This document shows positions 12,016-23,506 of a DNA stretch of 64,000 bases, in pieces (within the stretch, counting starts at the first letter, position 1; each line of letters starts with the position of its first letter). The notes under the pieces were generated by a model. It was not told the DNA's origin, searched no databases, and saw only the letters and a program-made list of their open reading frames with translations. The translations under genes were made by a program, and so were the position numbers. Source of the stretch: Azolla caroliniana (taxonomy: Eukaryota > Plantae > Polypodiophyta); assembly GCA_043228905.1 (NCBI GenBank), contig JBHGNT010000013.1:3224001-3288000 (forward strand), given 5' to 3'.

Positions 12016-13724
12016 TGTTGTGTTGTCACGTTTGTGCGTAAGAAACTAAGGTGGGACCGCAGGGCTCTTGAACCGAGGAGTGCGCGAAGATAGAAGGCAA
12101 AGAAAGATAAAGAGTGAGATGGTAAGCGCCAGATGCCGACAAGCGCAGAGCTTGGCGAATCAGACAATGACACGCCAACACACCAAGACAGATAGAGAGT
12201 CGCAACGGTTTAGAGAAGATTGCAACTGAGCAGAGATCACACTTAGGAAGAATTGATTACAACTAATCAGAGATTACAACTTAAGAAGAGTTGATTACAA
12301 CTAGATTTATTCTCTTTCGATGGTTATTAGTGCATATGGCTCTACTAGTTGGTCATGCATTGAAAGGGAACGTGACACCCAATTTGCGGCAATGTGCCAT
12401 TTGCCATGAACCTCAAGAGACTACCAAGCATGTCTTATGGTCTTGTTCTTTTGCTCAACAAGTATGGAAGAAAGTCGTGTCTTTATTCCTAACAATAAAT
12501 GTAGGTTGCTTATTCTCATGGGGATCAACGATGTGGGGAGTATTATACCTTGGTTTAATGTTGTATGAGGCAAATGATGTTCATGAGGCAATGACAATAC
12601 ATAATAGAACATTGATATTAGTTAGTCCCTTCCAACAACCTCGAAAGCAGGTGCAATTTGTGCCAAATTTGGAAATATCGATGTAACCGACTTTATGATG
12701 GGGTAGAGATTGTTATGGGAGAACTTGCTGGCTGTAGTCCGTGGTTAGTATGACAATATGTAGGGTTCCCCAGATACTATGAACAAGAAAAGGAAAAAGC
12801 TTCTTCACTTATGGAAAAAGGTGCCCCTGTTTACAATGGTAGCTCAAGAGCCTCAATGGAAATATTGACTTCCATGGACTCTTTGAATATCAACAAATGT
12901 AAACATCCTCGTAATTTATATCATTGTATAAAGAAACTTGTAACCTTCTTGGTAGCTAGGTTGAAGTTGTAGCATTCGGGCGTTTTGTTCTTAATACTAT
13001 TGAAGAAAATCTTTTATAAAAAAAAAGAGAAGACTTGATTACAACTAAACAGAGATTACAACCGGCACGCCGGCATCCTCGCCAAACACTCTCACACACA
13101 CACACACACACCAGGTCCAAAATGCATTGTGTAGCCTCTACGGGAAGCACACGGGCTTCCCTCGCGAACAGAAGTGTACACCCAAGAATCCTACAGAGAT
13201 AACAAAAGAAATTGGTGCTCGGTTCCTAGTCTGACAACATCTCCCCCTCTCCCCAAACCCCCGATCCCTCTTTCAGTCTTTCTTTCCCCTATTTATAGGC
13301 CGCTGAGGGTGGGTCGTTACATCCTTGTTAGATCACCTTTATTCTTTGTCCCTTCGGACAGAGATACGCCTTGATTTGCTAACCTATTAGCAAGTTTATA
13401 TTTACATCATGCCAACCTATTCTTAAATAAGGTACATTAACTTAAATAGGTGCGAATCTGTGTAAAACCCTGTTCACGCACTAGGACTCCCAATTCCTCC
13501 TATGGCCGGTTTTCTCCACGACATCCACCCCCACCAAACTGTGCCTCCACCGGCATGTGCCGAAAAGAGACAAATATTGGGAGAAAACCGGCCCGTTGTC
13601 AACCGTCGCTCTCTAAATCATCGTCCACTCTCTCCGGGACCAACTCGTCTTCAAGCCACTTCTTGAACGCCTTGATTCTCTTCCCCGCCACTAGTACCGC
13701 TACCTGCGTTCCGTTGAGCTCTGT
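12016..13724 (-). mobile_element. Gypsy 3' end (integrase tail, PPT, LTR 12016-13523), related to the element at 1-1529
   Basis: Minus strand encodes TELNGTQVAVLVAGKRIKAFKK, then PPT GGTGGGGGTGGA and LTR start TGTCGTGGAGAAAACC. Confidence 0.8.
12304..13027 (+). mobile_element. 5'-truncated L1-type LINE
   Basis: zf-RVT-like CAICHEPQETTKHVLWSC, poly(A) at 13018-13026, ~20-bp TSD AGAAGA[G/C]TTGATTACAACTA (12284-12303 / 13028-13047). Confidence 0.8.
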
Positions 13725-14006
13725 TGTTACCCAGACAAGTGGGGAAGCATCGGAGTCGGAAATGTAGAAGGTCTCCTCGGAGTCGGATCGGTATAGAGGA
13801 TCGATAAATCAACATTTTGCCGAATTAAATTAAAACCGAAATTATAGTTAGTTATAGATTTTTGTAGTTCTTGCCATTTTTGGCAGTATGTTTTCTTGAT
13901 GAGAAAGTCTTTCCGGATGCCTATAAAAGGAACCAAATGTATGTTGGGATTTCGGTCCCTCCGGATGGGATGTCCGGAGATGAATGACGGCAAGCCCGGC
14001 TGCGGA

Positions 14007-14135
14007 TACGGAGCCGGATGATGAAGACCCCGGCTACGGAGCTGGATGATGAAGACCCTGGCTACAGAGCCGGATGATGAAGACCCTGGCTACGGAGCCG
14101 GATGATGAAGACCCCGGCTACGGAGCCGGATGACG
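14007..14135 (+). repeat. 28-bp tandem repeat in the U3 of the 5' LTR (4 full units + partial)
   Basis: Unit TACGGAGCCGGATGATGAAGACCCCGGC. The 3' LTR has only 1 full unit + partial. Confidence 0.95.
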
Positions 14136-14319
14136 AATGTACCCGGAGAGAGATCCGGATGCGGGGACATATTTGTGAATATGTTTGCCAAGGGCCCTTG
14201 AGGCTATAATTGTAAATAGCCCGAAAGTCATATGTGTATAAATATGACTTAGGGCAAACAGTTTTTTGTTGTTGCTCATTTTTCTGTTTATCCATCTAGA
14301 GGGAGCTAAGTGAGAGCAG

Positions 14320-14350
<31 letters not shown>

Positions 14351-14617
14351 GAAGAGGTCGTTGCCTTTGTGTATTACCGCCGCCTGTGGCGAAGACAGTG
14401 AGCTCAAGGTTGTTGCCTTGTAGCTTCACCATTGTACATCTCTGTTGATAGTGATCGTTGGAGTTTGAGGACTCCCGTGGTTTTTCCCATTTAGGGTTTT
14501 CCACGTAAAACATCCAGTGTACCTCTCTCTCTATTGTCCTCGTGCACTTTGTATTTCCCGTTTTCTGTGAGTTGATCATATTCCTCGGTTGTGGCCGAGC
14601 ACTGTTTTGCAACAAAC

Positions 14618-14629
14618 TGGTATCAGAGC
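14618..14629 (+). promoter_or_regulatory. Primer-binding site, tRNA-iMet
   Basis: TGGTATCAGAGC, 3 nt after the 5' LTR. Confidence 0.95.
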
Positions 14630-14645
14630 GACGGTAACACAGAAA

Positions 14646-17600
14646 ATGGAAGGCGGCGGTAGTGGGCCTCCGGGCATGATGGTGTTGAACTCACAGAACT
14701 ACGCCGACTGGAAGATAAAGATGGAAGACCTTCTCATCGTCCGAGACCTGTATGAACCGATCGACAATGCCGAGATACCCAAGGGGGTAATAGAGTCGGA
14801 GTGGAAGCTCCTGAACCGGAAAGCCGTAGCGACGATCCGGCAATATGTCGATGTAAGCGTCCTACAACATGTGGCGAACGACACCAACGCATATGAGATG
14901 TGGAAGAAGCTGTCGGGCCTCTACGAGAGGAAGAATGCGTTGAACCGGACCTCCCTGATGAGGAAGATAGTGAACCTCAAGTACCGGGACGGCGAGAATA
15001 TGGTGGAACACGTGAGCACGTTCATGGGATTCGTGAACCAGCTTGCGGCGATCAAGTTCCCGTTGGAGGATGCAATGCAAGCCATCATTCTGATGTGTAC
15101 ATTGCCGGAAAGCTGGGAGAACTTGGTGGTGACTCTCAGCACCTCCTGCACCGAAGATAACTTGTCTCTACAAACGGTAAAGACAAGCATTTTGAACGAA
15201 GAAGCGCGTCGGAGAGATAAAGAACCGGTTTCCGATCCGAAGATGCTGCTTACCGAATCGGATCGGGGAAGACAATGGAACCGGAGTCCGCAAAGACGGG
15301 AGAAGTCGGGGACCCGGTCGCAGTCAAGAGGAAGACCCACATGCTTCCACTGTGGGAAGCCGGGGCACTTCCGGAAGAATTGTCGGCATTACCAAAAGGA
15401 CAACGGAGCCGACGACACCGATTCGAAGAAGTCACCGGAGAGAAACGGTGCATATCGGGGAGCCACGGACCGGAGAGGTCCGGATCGGCGAGGGCAAGAC
15501 CGGAAAGGAACGACGGCACTCGCGGCAAGTGAAGAAGAGATAATGCTCATTACCGAAGAGAGGGAGCTGAACCTTGCCGGTGTAGAGATGACCTGGGTGG
15601 TTGATTCCGGAGCGTCGTTCCACCTGACCCCGGAGAAGAAATACTTCTCATCCTACACAGCCGGTGAGCACGGCTGTGTCCGGATGGGAAATGAAGGCAC
15701 ATGCCGGATTGCCGGCATAGGAGACGTGTGGCTGATGACATCAACCGGATGCAAGATGCTGCTGAAGGATGTTCGACACGTTCCGGAGGTCCGATTGAAC
15801 CTGATCTCGGCCGGGAGGCTAGATGATGAAGGCTACACGGGTAGCATCCGGAACGGTGTCATGAAGTTCAGCAAGGGGAGCCTGATAGTGGCTCGGGCCC
15901 GGAAGGTCAACACACTGTACCTGATGAATTCCCGGCTATGTCCGGAGGAGCTGAACATGGCAGCCGACACTGCCGGTAAGTTGTGGCACAAGAGACTGTG
16001 CCACATGAGTGAGAAGGGGATGAAGAGGCTTGCAGAAGACAACCTTATTACAGTGAAGCATGTGCACCTGGAGAAGTGCACCGACTGCCTCGCCGGTAAG
16101 CAAAACCGGACCTCCTTCCACTCAAGGCCACCGATGAGACGTAGCGCACCATTGGAGCTGGTGCACACTGACGTGTGTCAAGTAGAAACGAAGTCACATG
16201 GCGGAGCCCAGTACTTCGTGACATTCATTGATGACCACAGCCGGAAGCTGTGGACAGCACCGTTGAAGACAAAGGACCAAGTGTTGTGCGTCTTCAAAGA
16301 ACTTCACGCGAGAGTGGAAAGGAAATCCGGCAAGAAGCTGAAAGCGATACGAGCGGATAACGGAGGGGAATACCGGGGGCAGTTCCAGGAGTACTGTCGC
16401 TCGAAGGGAATCCGGCTCGAGTTTATTGTGCCGAAGACGCCGGAACTGAACGGGCTGGCCGAGAGGATGAACCGGACCATAATGGAGAGGGTCCGGAGTA
16501 TGCTGGCGCATGCGAAATTACACAAGGGGTTTTGGGCTGAGGCAATGTCGACGGCGACATATGTGATAAATAGATCACCCTCAGTACCTTTGGATGGAGA
16601 CACGCCGCAGAAAGTGTGGACCGGTAAGGAAGTGTCCTACCGGCATCTGAAGGTGTTCGGGTGTCTCGCATACGTGCATGTGGCAAAGGACCGGAGAGGA
16701 AAGTTAGATCCAAAGACCCGGCCATGCATATTCCTCGGTTACGGCGACGACGAGTTCGGCTACCGAGTATGTTACCCGGTCGACAAGAAGATATTCAGGA
16801 GTCGAGATATCATCTTCATGGAGGACAAGACACTCGCCGACTGGGAGTCGGAGAAGAAGATGAAGAGCTCCAAGTCGACCGGTGAGGATAAACTCTACGA
16901 GGAGCAGTCCCGACCGGCAAGGGACCGGTTAGCACTCGAGGATCTGGCCGAAGACGGTGAAGAAACAGAACCGGCCGAGGAAGATGAAACTGATACCGGA
17001 ACCGGCCCCGATCCCGAAATGGATTCGGATGAAGAGGAAACGGAGCAGCCGGTTACCGAAGCTCCGGAACGGAGATACCCTCTAAGAGAGAGAAGGCCCC
17101 CCCGGAGATTTCCGGAACCAGAGCACGTGCTGCTAACCGACGAGGGGGAGCCGGAGAGTTTTGAAGAAGCAAAGCTTGACACCCATAGCCGCAGGTGGTT
17201 AAGTGCCATGCAGGAGGAGATGGATTCCCTGCATGAGAACCACACATATGAACTTGTGGAGTTGCCGAAAGGAAAGCGGGCACTTCGAAACAAGTGGGTG
17301 TTCAAGCTGAAACCGGGAGATGCCGGAAACCCCCCGAGATACAAAGCCAGGATCGTGGTGAAGGGGTTCCAGCAGAAGAAGGGCGTCGACTTCGACGAGA
17401 TATTTGCCCCGGTAGTGAAGATGACCTCCATCCGGACGGTGTTGAGCATAGCGGCAAGCATGGACCTCGAGGTAGAACAGATGGACGTGAAGACGGCATT
17501 CCTTCACGGTGACCTCGAAGAAGAGATCTACATGCAGCAACCGGAAGGATTCGAGAAGAAAGGGAAGGAGCACCTGGTATGCCGGTTGAAGAAGAGCCTT

Positions 17601-18719
17601 TACGGATTGAAGCAGGCTCCCCGGCAATGGTACCGGAAGTTCGACTCCTTCATGACCGACGAAGGGTACCACAAAACGCAGTCCGATCACTGCGTGTTTG
17701 TGAAGAAGTTCGAAGGAGGAGACTCTCTAATACTCCTCCTGTACGTGGACGACATGTTGATCGTCGGACGGGACCAGGCCAAGATACGGATGCTGAAGAA
17801 AGCACTTCACCGAACCTTCTCAATGAAGGACCTGGGTCCGGCGAGGCAAATACTAGGGATGCACATCATCCGGGACCGGAAGAAGAAGCAGTTGTGGCTG
17901 TCACAGGAGAAGTATGTAACAAAGGTGCTTCACCGGTTCAACATGTCGGAAGCAAAACCGGTCGGATCAACCCTCCCGGCAAACTGCAAGTTGTCCAGCA
18001 AGCAAAGCCCCAAGACAAAGGCTGAGAAAGAGGACATGATGAAAGTACCATATGCCTCTGCCGTCGGAAGCTTGATGTACGCAATGGTGTGTACAAGACC
18101 GGACATAGGATACGCAGTCGGAGTGGTGAGCCGGTACATGAGCAATCCCGGCAAGGAGCACTGGAACGCGGTCAAGTGGATACTCCGATACCTGAAGGGC
18201 ACGACAAACGTGTGCCTCCGATTCGGCTCCGGTAAGCCCGAACTCGACGGCTTTACCGATTCGGATATGTCGGCTGATGCAGATACCAGCCGGTCCACAT
18301 CAGGGTATGTGATGACGTATGCAGGGGGAGCTGTTTCGTGGCAGTCGAGGCTGCAGAAGACGGTTGCGTTGTCAACCACGGAGGCGGAGTACATGGCGGC
18401 TGTTGAAGCCGGCAAGGAAATGATATGGATGAAGGACTTCATTAGAGAGCTCGGTATCCGGCAGGAGGAGTACCGACTCTACTGCGACAGTCAGAGTGCC
18501 ATCCACCTTGCGAAGAACGCGGCCTATCACTCCCGGACGAAGCACATCCAGCGAAGATATCACTGGATCCGGGAAAGGATAGAAGACCAGGAGTTCGTGC
18601 TGACGAAGATCCACACGGACGAGAACGGCTCAGATATGCTGACCAAAGTGCTCACACCCGACAAGCTGGAAGCATGCCGGAAGAGGATCGGATTGGAGAG
18701 ACATCCCATGCCGAAGTGA
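14646..18719 (+). CDS. gag-pol: Copia gag-pol polyprotein, 1357 aa from the first ATG after the PBS
   Basis: Zinc knuckle CFHCGKPGHFRKNC, protease WVVDSGAS, GAG-pre-integrase LWHKRLCH, integrase DNGGEY..LAER, RT LYVDD, RNase H TEAEY..SDMLTK. Confidence 0.97.
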   Translation: MEGGGSGPPGMMVLNSQNYADWKIKMEDLLIVRDLYEPIDNAEIPKGVIESEWKLLNRKAVATIRQYVDVSVLQHVANDTNAYEMWKKLSGLYERKNALNRTSLMRKIVNLKYRDGENMVEHVSTFMGFVNQLAAIKFPLEDAMQAIILMCTLPESWENLVVTLSTSCTEDNLSLQTVKTSILNEEARRRDKEPVSDPKMLLTESDRGRQWNRSPQRREKSGTRSQSRGRPTCFHCGKPGHFRKNCRHYQKDNGADDTDSKKSPERNGAYRGATDRRGPDRRGQDRKGTTALAASEEEIMLITEERELNLAGVEMTWVVDSGASFHLTPEKKYFSSYTAGEHGCVRMGNEGTCRIAGIGDVWLMTSTGCKMLLKDVRHVPEVRLNLISAGRLDDEGYTGSIRNGVMKFSKGSLIVARARKVNTLYLMNSRLCPEELNMAADTAGKLWHKRLCHMSEKGMKRLAEDNLITVKHVHLEKCTDCLAGKQNRTSFHSRPPMRRSAPLELVHTDVCQVETKSHGGAQYFVTFIDDHSRKLWTAPLKTKDQVLCVFKELHARVERKSGKKLKAIRADNGGEYRGQFQEYCRSKGIRLEFIVPKTPELNGLAERMNRTIMERVRSMLAHAKLHKGFWAEAMSTATYVINRSPSVPLDGDTPQKVWTGKEVSYRHLKVFGCLAYVHVAKDRRGKLDPKTRPCIFLGYGDDEFGYRVCYPVDKKIFRSRDIIFMEDKTLADWESEKKMKSSKSTGEDKLYEEQSRPARDRLALEDLAEDGEETEPAEEDETDTGTGPDPEMDSDEEETEQPVTEAPERRYPLRERRPPRRFPEPEHVLLTDEGEPESFEEAKLDTHSRRWLSAMQEEMDSLHENHTYELVELPKGKRALRNKWVFKLKPGDAGNPPRYKARIVVKGFQQKKGVDFDEIFAPVVKMTSIRTVLSIAASMDLEVEQMDVKTAFLHGDLEEEIYMQQPEGFEKKGKEHLVCRLKKSLYGLKQAPRQWYRKFDSFMTDEGYHKTQSDHCVFVKKFEGGDSLILLLYVDDMLIVGRDQAKIRMLKKALHRTFSMKDLGPARQILGMHIIRDRKKKQLWLSQEKYVTKVLHRFNMSEAKPVGSTLPANCKLSSKQSPKTKAEKEDMMKVPYASAVGSLMYAMVCTRPDIGYAVGVVSRYMSNPGKEHWNAVKWILRYLKGTTNVCLRFGSGKPELDGFTDSDMSADADTSRSTSGYVMTYAGGAVSWQSRLQKTVALSTTEAEYMAAVEAGKEMIWMKDFIRELGIRQEEYRLYCDSQSAIHLAKNAAYHSRTKHIQRRYHWIRERIEDQEFVLTKIHTDENGSDMLTKVLTPDKLEACRKRIGLERHPMPK

Positions 18720-20103
18720 AGGGGGAGTTTGTTGGGATTTCGGTCCCTCCGGATGGGATGTCCGGAGATGAATGACGGCAAGCCCGGCTGCGGTTACGGA
18801 GCCGGATGATGAAGACCCCGGCTACGGAGCTGGATGACGAATGTACCCGGAGAGAGATCCGGATGCGGGGACATATTTGTGAATATGTTTGCCAAGGGCC
18901 CTTGAGGCTATAATTGTAAATAGCCCGAAAGTCATATGTGTATAAATATGACTTAGGGCAAACAGTTTTTTGTTGTTGCTCATTTTTCTGTTTATCCATC
19001 TAGAGGGAGCTAAGTGAGAGCAGCCGAGAGAGAGAGAGAGAGAGAGAGAGACGAAGAGGTCGTTGCCTCTGTGTATTACCGCCGCCTGTGGCGAAGACAG
19101 TGAGCTCAAGGTTGTTGCCTTGTAGCTTCACCATTGTACATCTCTGTTCATAATGATCGTTGGAGTTTGAGGACTCCCGTGGTTTTTCCCATTTAGGGTT
19201 TTCCACGTAAAACATCCAGTGTACCTCTCTCTCTATTGTCCTCGTGCACTTTGTATTTCCCGTTTTCTGTGAGTTGATCATATTCCTCGGTTGTGGCCGA
19301 GCACTGTTTTGCAACAAGGTAGTGTAAAGATCTATTGTTTTATTTAGTAATATAAAGTTTAGTTTAGGAAATCTCCGTGCACTAAGCGCTCTGTCAATCT
19401 ATTTCCTTTCTGTCAGAACTTTATTACGTAAATAACGATCTCAATGTCTGTTTAACATAGATAAGTGTACAACCATTTAGTATCTATTCGTCTAACCACA
19501 ATTCATTGATAGAACGTTTGGTGAGAAACGTTCGACTTATACTGTGTCGACAATATTTGGTATACTGTGTTGTTTGGTTGACAACCAAATATTGTTGACA
19601 TAGTATAAGTCGAACGTTGCTCACCAAACGTTTTATCAATGAATTGTGGTTAGACGAATATATACTAAATGATTGTACACTTATCGATGTTAAACAGACA
19701 TCGAGATCGTTATTTACGTAATAAAGTTCTGACAGAAAGGAAATAGATTGACAGAGCGCTTAGTGCACGGAGATTTCCTAAACTAAACTTTATATTACTA
19801 AATAAAACGATAGATCTTTACACTGCCTTCGGTTCCTTTTATAGGCAACTAGAGGACTTTCTCATCAAGAAAACATACTGCCAAAAATGGCAAGAACTAC
19901 AAAAATCTATTACTAACTATAAATTCGGTTTTAATTTAATTCGGCAAAATGCTAACTCATTGATCCTCTATACCGATCCGACTCCGACTCCGACTCTGAG
20001 GAAACCTTCTACATTTCTGACTCTGACGCTTCCCCACTTGTCCGGGTAACACTTGGCACGCCTGTGGGCCAGGGCCTTGCCCAGCGAACCCACGGTACCC
20101 CTT

Positions 20104-22320
20104 CTACTCCTGTTGTGCCGAAGGAAGGTCCTCGTCTAATTCATCCTCTTCATCATCCTGTAGAATATCGAACAATGATGGTTCGGGTTGTTGCACGTCT
20201 TCTTCGTCTTCGGATTCTGTAAACTTGTGTGTATCTTCGGTTGATGATCTTGGTTCCTTTGTTTCCGGTGCTCTGAGTCCTGGGTCTGGCTTCACCTTTC
20301 CGCTTCAAGGTTGTCTAGTTGAACAGGTGTGTCGACATCGTGCTTGTCGAATTCTTGCATAATTCGACTAACTTCTTCTCTATGACAAGACACTATCTCA
20401 TCCAAGTCTTTAGCAATATCCTCCTGAACAGTTGATATTACCTCTTTTGTCATTTTGAAGAAACATTGGCCGTGAGCCTTCCTATTGTCTCTGTCGGCAC
20501 GTAACAATTGAAGTTTGGCTGCTTGTGCCGACCAATTTTTCTAGCCTTTATCTATGGACTCATTCACCATCTTCAAGGTGTTAGGCTTATGGCGTTTTAG
20601 GATAGCTTGAATTCTTTCCTCAGTTATACTTGCCTGAAACTGTGCTGCTACCAATGTTTTTCGCAAATCATTAATTTGAGCATTATTTTCTCCTTCTGTC
20701 TGCAACAGCTTGCCTTACGCTAGACACAACTTCCACTTCTAAACACCATCTTTCTAGAGTTTCCCTAGCTGATTCCCATTCTTCCTGTTGTCAATTATAT
20801 TTTTCATTGACTTCATTCAGCAAGGTTTCTTTTCCGACCAGCTCTCCTGCAAAATATTCTTCTTGTATTTTTACATATTCTTCGAGCTCCTCCACTTGCT
20901 TAGTGTTTTGGCGTGTGGCTTCTTGCTGCTGTGCTAACTTTCGGCGCAACTGTTGAATCAAATCATCCTTTGCATTGAGCCATTTTCCGATTTCCGTTTT
21001 TGCCAGTTGTAACCGATCATGTTTGTACATTGTGCGTATAGCACTTCGAACGCCGATGATGATTTTTTGTATAAATCAGCCATATCTTTGGCTGCTTGGT
21101 TGGCCTTGTCATATTCTCGATGTACTTCTACCAGAGCCTCATGTAACGGTGGCATTTGGATAGCCTCGCCCTTGTTTTGTGCATTCCGCTATCGGCCGAT
21201 TCGATCCAACTCTTGTTGCTCTTCCGGCTCGACATCTCCACTCAATAACTTTTGGATCATTATCAGATCCCGGTGCTCCTATGCCATTCTTTCTGTCACC
21301 TCCTCTAATCTTTGTGCTAACCATTCTACTAGCTCATACGATGTTCCGAATTGTAGAATAACTGCAAGTTCATGTGCCATTGGAGGAATGTCGGAAAGGC
21401 CTACTGCTTCTCTCACCGTTGTTGATGATTGCCCTTTTTTAACTTTGGTCGTGTCGTTAGGATTGACATGAGATATTTGTATGCTCTGTGTGGCTTGGTC
21501 GTCGGTTCTTTGTTTCTTCTATGCATGCTCCTCTTGCTGAGTCTGAGGAAATCATTGGGCCCTTTGTTTCCCCCTTCGCAGCCGTGTGTTAGCTGTTCAG
21601 TTACGATAGGTGTCGATTTTTGTTGTGTTTGTGACTGTGTTAGCTATTCGGGTTCTGGCTACGTTGTCGACTCAAATTCCGGTTGCTGTTGAGGTTCTGA
21701 TTGAGTGGTGTCGATATGCGTCGACTCTTCTTCCTACCACTCTTCTCGTTGCAGTTGTCTTCGGGGTCGGGATGCTTGTGGCCGTGTCGGCCTTTGTTGT
21801 TGCGGTTGGTTTTCCGATCTCTGAGTCGGAAACAATACTGACAACCAACGAGCAAGTATCGGTTTCATTGGTTTCCCTTGCTGTATCCCATACATTTGCT
21901 CTCGTAGGGCTTCTACTGACAACAACCCCCAGTCAAAAATTTCGCCCTCATATGTGGTGATTATGAATCCGGCCCGCTTCTTGGGCATACAATAAAACTA
22001 GGGACTTATAGACCCTACTTCCAACTAAAATTTGGTGACTTCATGGAAAAATTCATCCTCTCCTCCTTGCGTTTGGAAATCCTTCGTAGAGGGAGAATAT
22101 TCCCAGAAATATGACCTTAGCACATCCTTGTCCATTTTCTGGACAACATTGAAACCTTCTCTTTTGAATTCCAAAACACAACGTACCTTCTTATTGGTGA
22201 TTTCTGATACGTCAATTTGCTGCAGGATTTCTGCAGCACAAGGGTGAGGTTCTACTTCTGCAACTTTCATGAAACCCTGTAGGTTCTTGTTGACGAGCCA
22301 CTGTCGCAAGTTGTCAGAAA
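20104..22320 (-). pseudogene. Extra sense-strand ORF between pol and the 3' LTR (globular N-terminus + long coiled coil + acidic tail), disrupted
   Basis: Fragments 22025-22309, 21734-21988, 20791-21155 and 20104-20507 are homologous to fragments at 45511-47200 (MPKKRAGFII.TYEGE.FDWGLLS, MPPLHEALVEVHREYDK). Confidence 0.75.
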
Positions 22321-23506
22321 CAGAAATCTTCTTTCCGAATTTGTTCTAACCGTAGTTTATTTAACTTTTTGGTTGCTTGTATTCAGAGTGTCGGAATCTG
22401 AAATTCTACTGGCATTACGACTTCTAACCCGAAAGCTATTCGGAAAGGAGTTGATTTAATAGATGTTTTATAAGACGTTTCATATGCCCATAAAGCACTA
22501 TGAATCTTTTGATAACACGTTCGCGTTCACAAGTGGAAGGATTGCGCATTCCACTTGTAGAATCTTCTTAAAACAAAGCAAATACACCCTCTCTACAAAA
22601 ATTGGATGCACTAGTATCACATGTTCCTCAACTTGATGAGAATTTGCAAATATAAAAAAACATGATAGGTCTACGAGTAGAGATCATTAGAAATCATGCA
22701 AGTTTAGACGCGTTGATAAGTTAATGTAGGCATAATAAAGTTCAACAATGGCTCAATATGTCACTACTGTGCGACAAGGGAAACACTAACTTAAAGACTT
22801 ATATTAATTAGGTAAGTTTTACAAAAATATCAGGTGCATGTATGTAATTGTGGAAAATGTAGGATAGTGCACATTAGGATAAGTGATTGGAATAACTAAC
22901 TTATTAAAGAATTCAATACTTGTATTTAAAGTTGATCTAATCTATTCCTCAGTTTGTTCATATGGGATCAAACCATATGTGTATATAATTGTGCACAATG
23001 TAAGGCAGTGAACTTTAGGATAATGTCGTGGAAATAAAAAACCTATTAGGCTTTCATACCTGTATTTAAAATTGATCTACTCTATTGCTTAGGTGATTCA
23101 CACAGGATCAAACTCCGAACGATAACGCAACTGGAACCATTATCAACACACTACACAATCTAAACAGCAATGGAATAGACACATAATAGTTTTAACAATA
23201 GAAGACAAAGATCCATAATAACAACATGGACAATCATGGCAACAATTGTAGGGCCATGTTCTGTTAAGGTTAGCTTGGACCAAAATCAGCCTCAATTTAA
23301 ACTAATTCATGTTTCTCCATAAATTTGGTAGTCAGCTATGCATGCGGTGAAACCAATGTCCTAAATCTACTAACCAAGTATATAAAAATAAATTTGAAAC
23401 ATATAGAAGATTATAAAGAATAGAATCCACTAGGTAAAACCCAAAATTTGTATTAATAATGTGAAATCCTAACAAATCGTCAGTGTCATTTTCTTCATAG
23501 AGTCTA

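Larger units (their letters stand above)
13942..19316 (+). mobile_element. Intact, recently inserted Ty1/copia element (Tnt1/Tork-like)
   Basis: LTRs 13942-14614 and 18730-19316 (TGTTG..CAACA), PBS 14618-14629, PPT ~18718-18727, TSD ATGTA/AGGTA with one mismatch, uninterrupted ORF. Confidence 0.97.
13725..19560 (+). repeat. Non-chromovirus gypsy LTR (13725-13941 + 19322-19560), interrupted by the intact copia and truncated near its 3' end
   Basis: Begins TGTTACCC and is the reverse complement of the LTRs at 19561-20051 and 52728-53239. Confidence 0.85.

Noticed and set aside
14589-14645. ORF-track start of the copia polyprotein at 14589
   Set aside because: It is a GTG inside the LTR, upstream of the PBS. 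The first ATG is at 14646.
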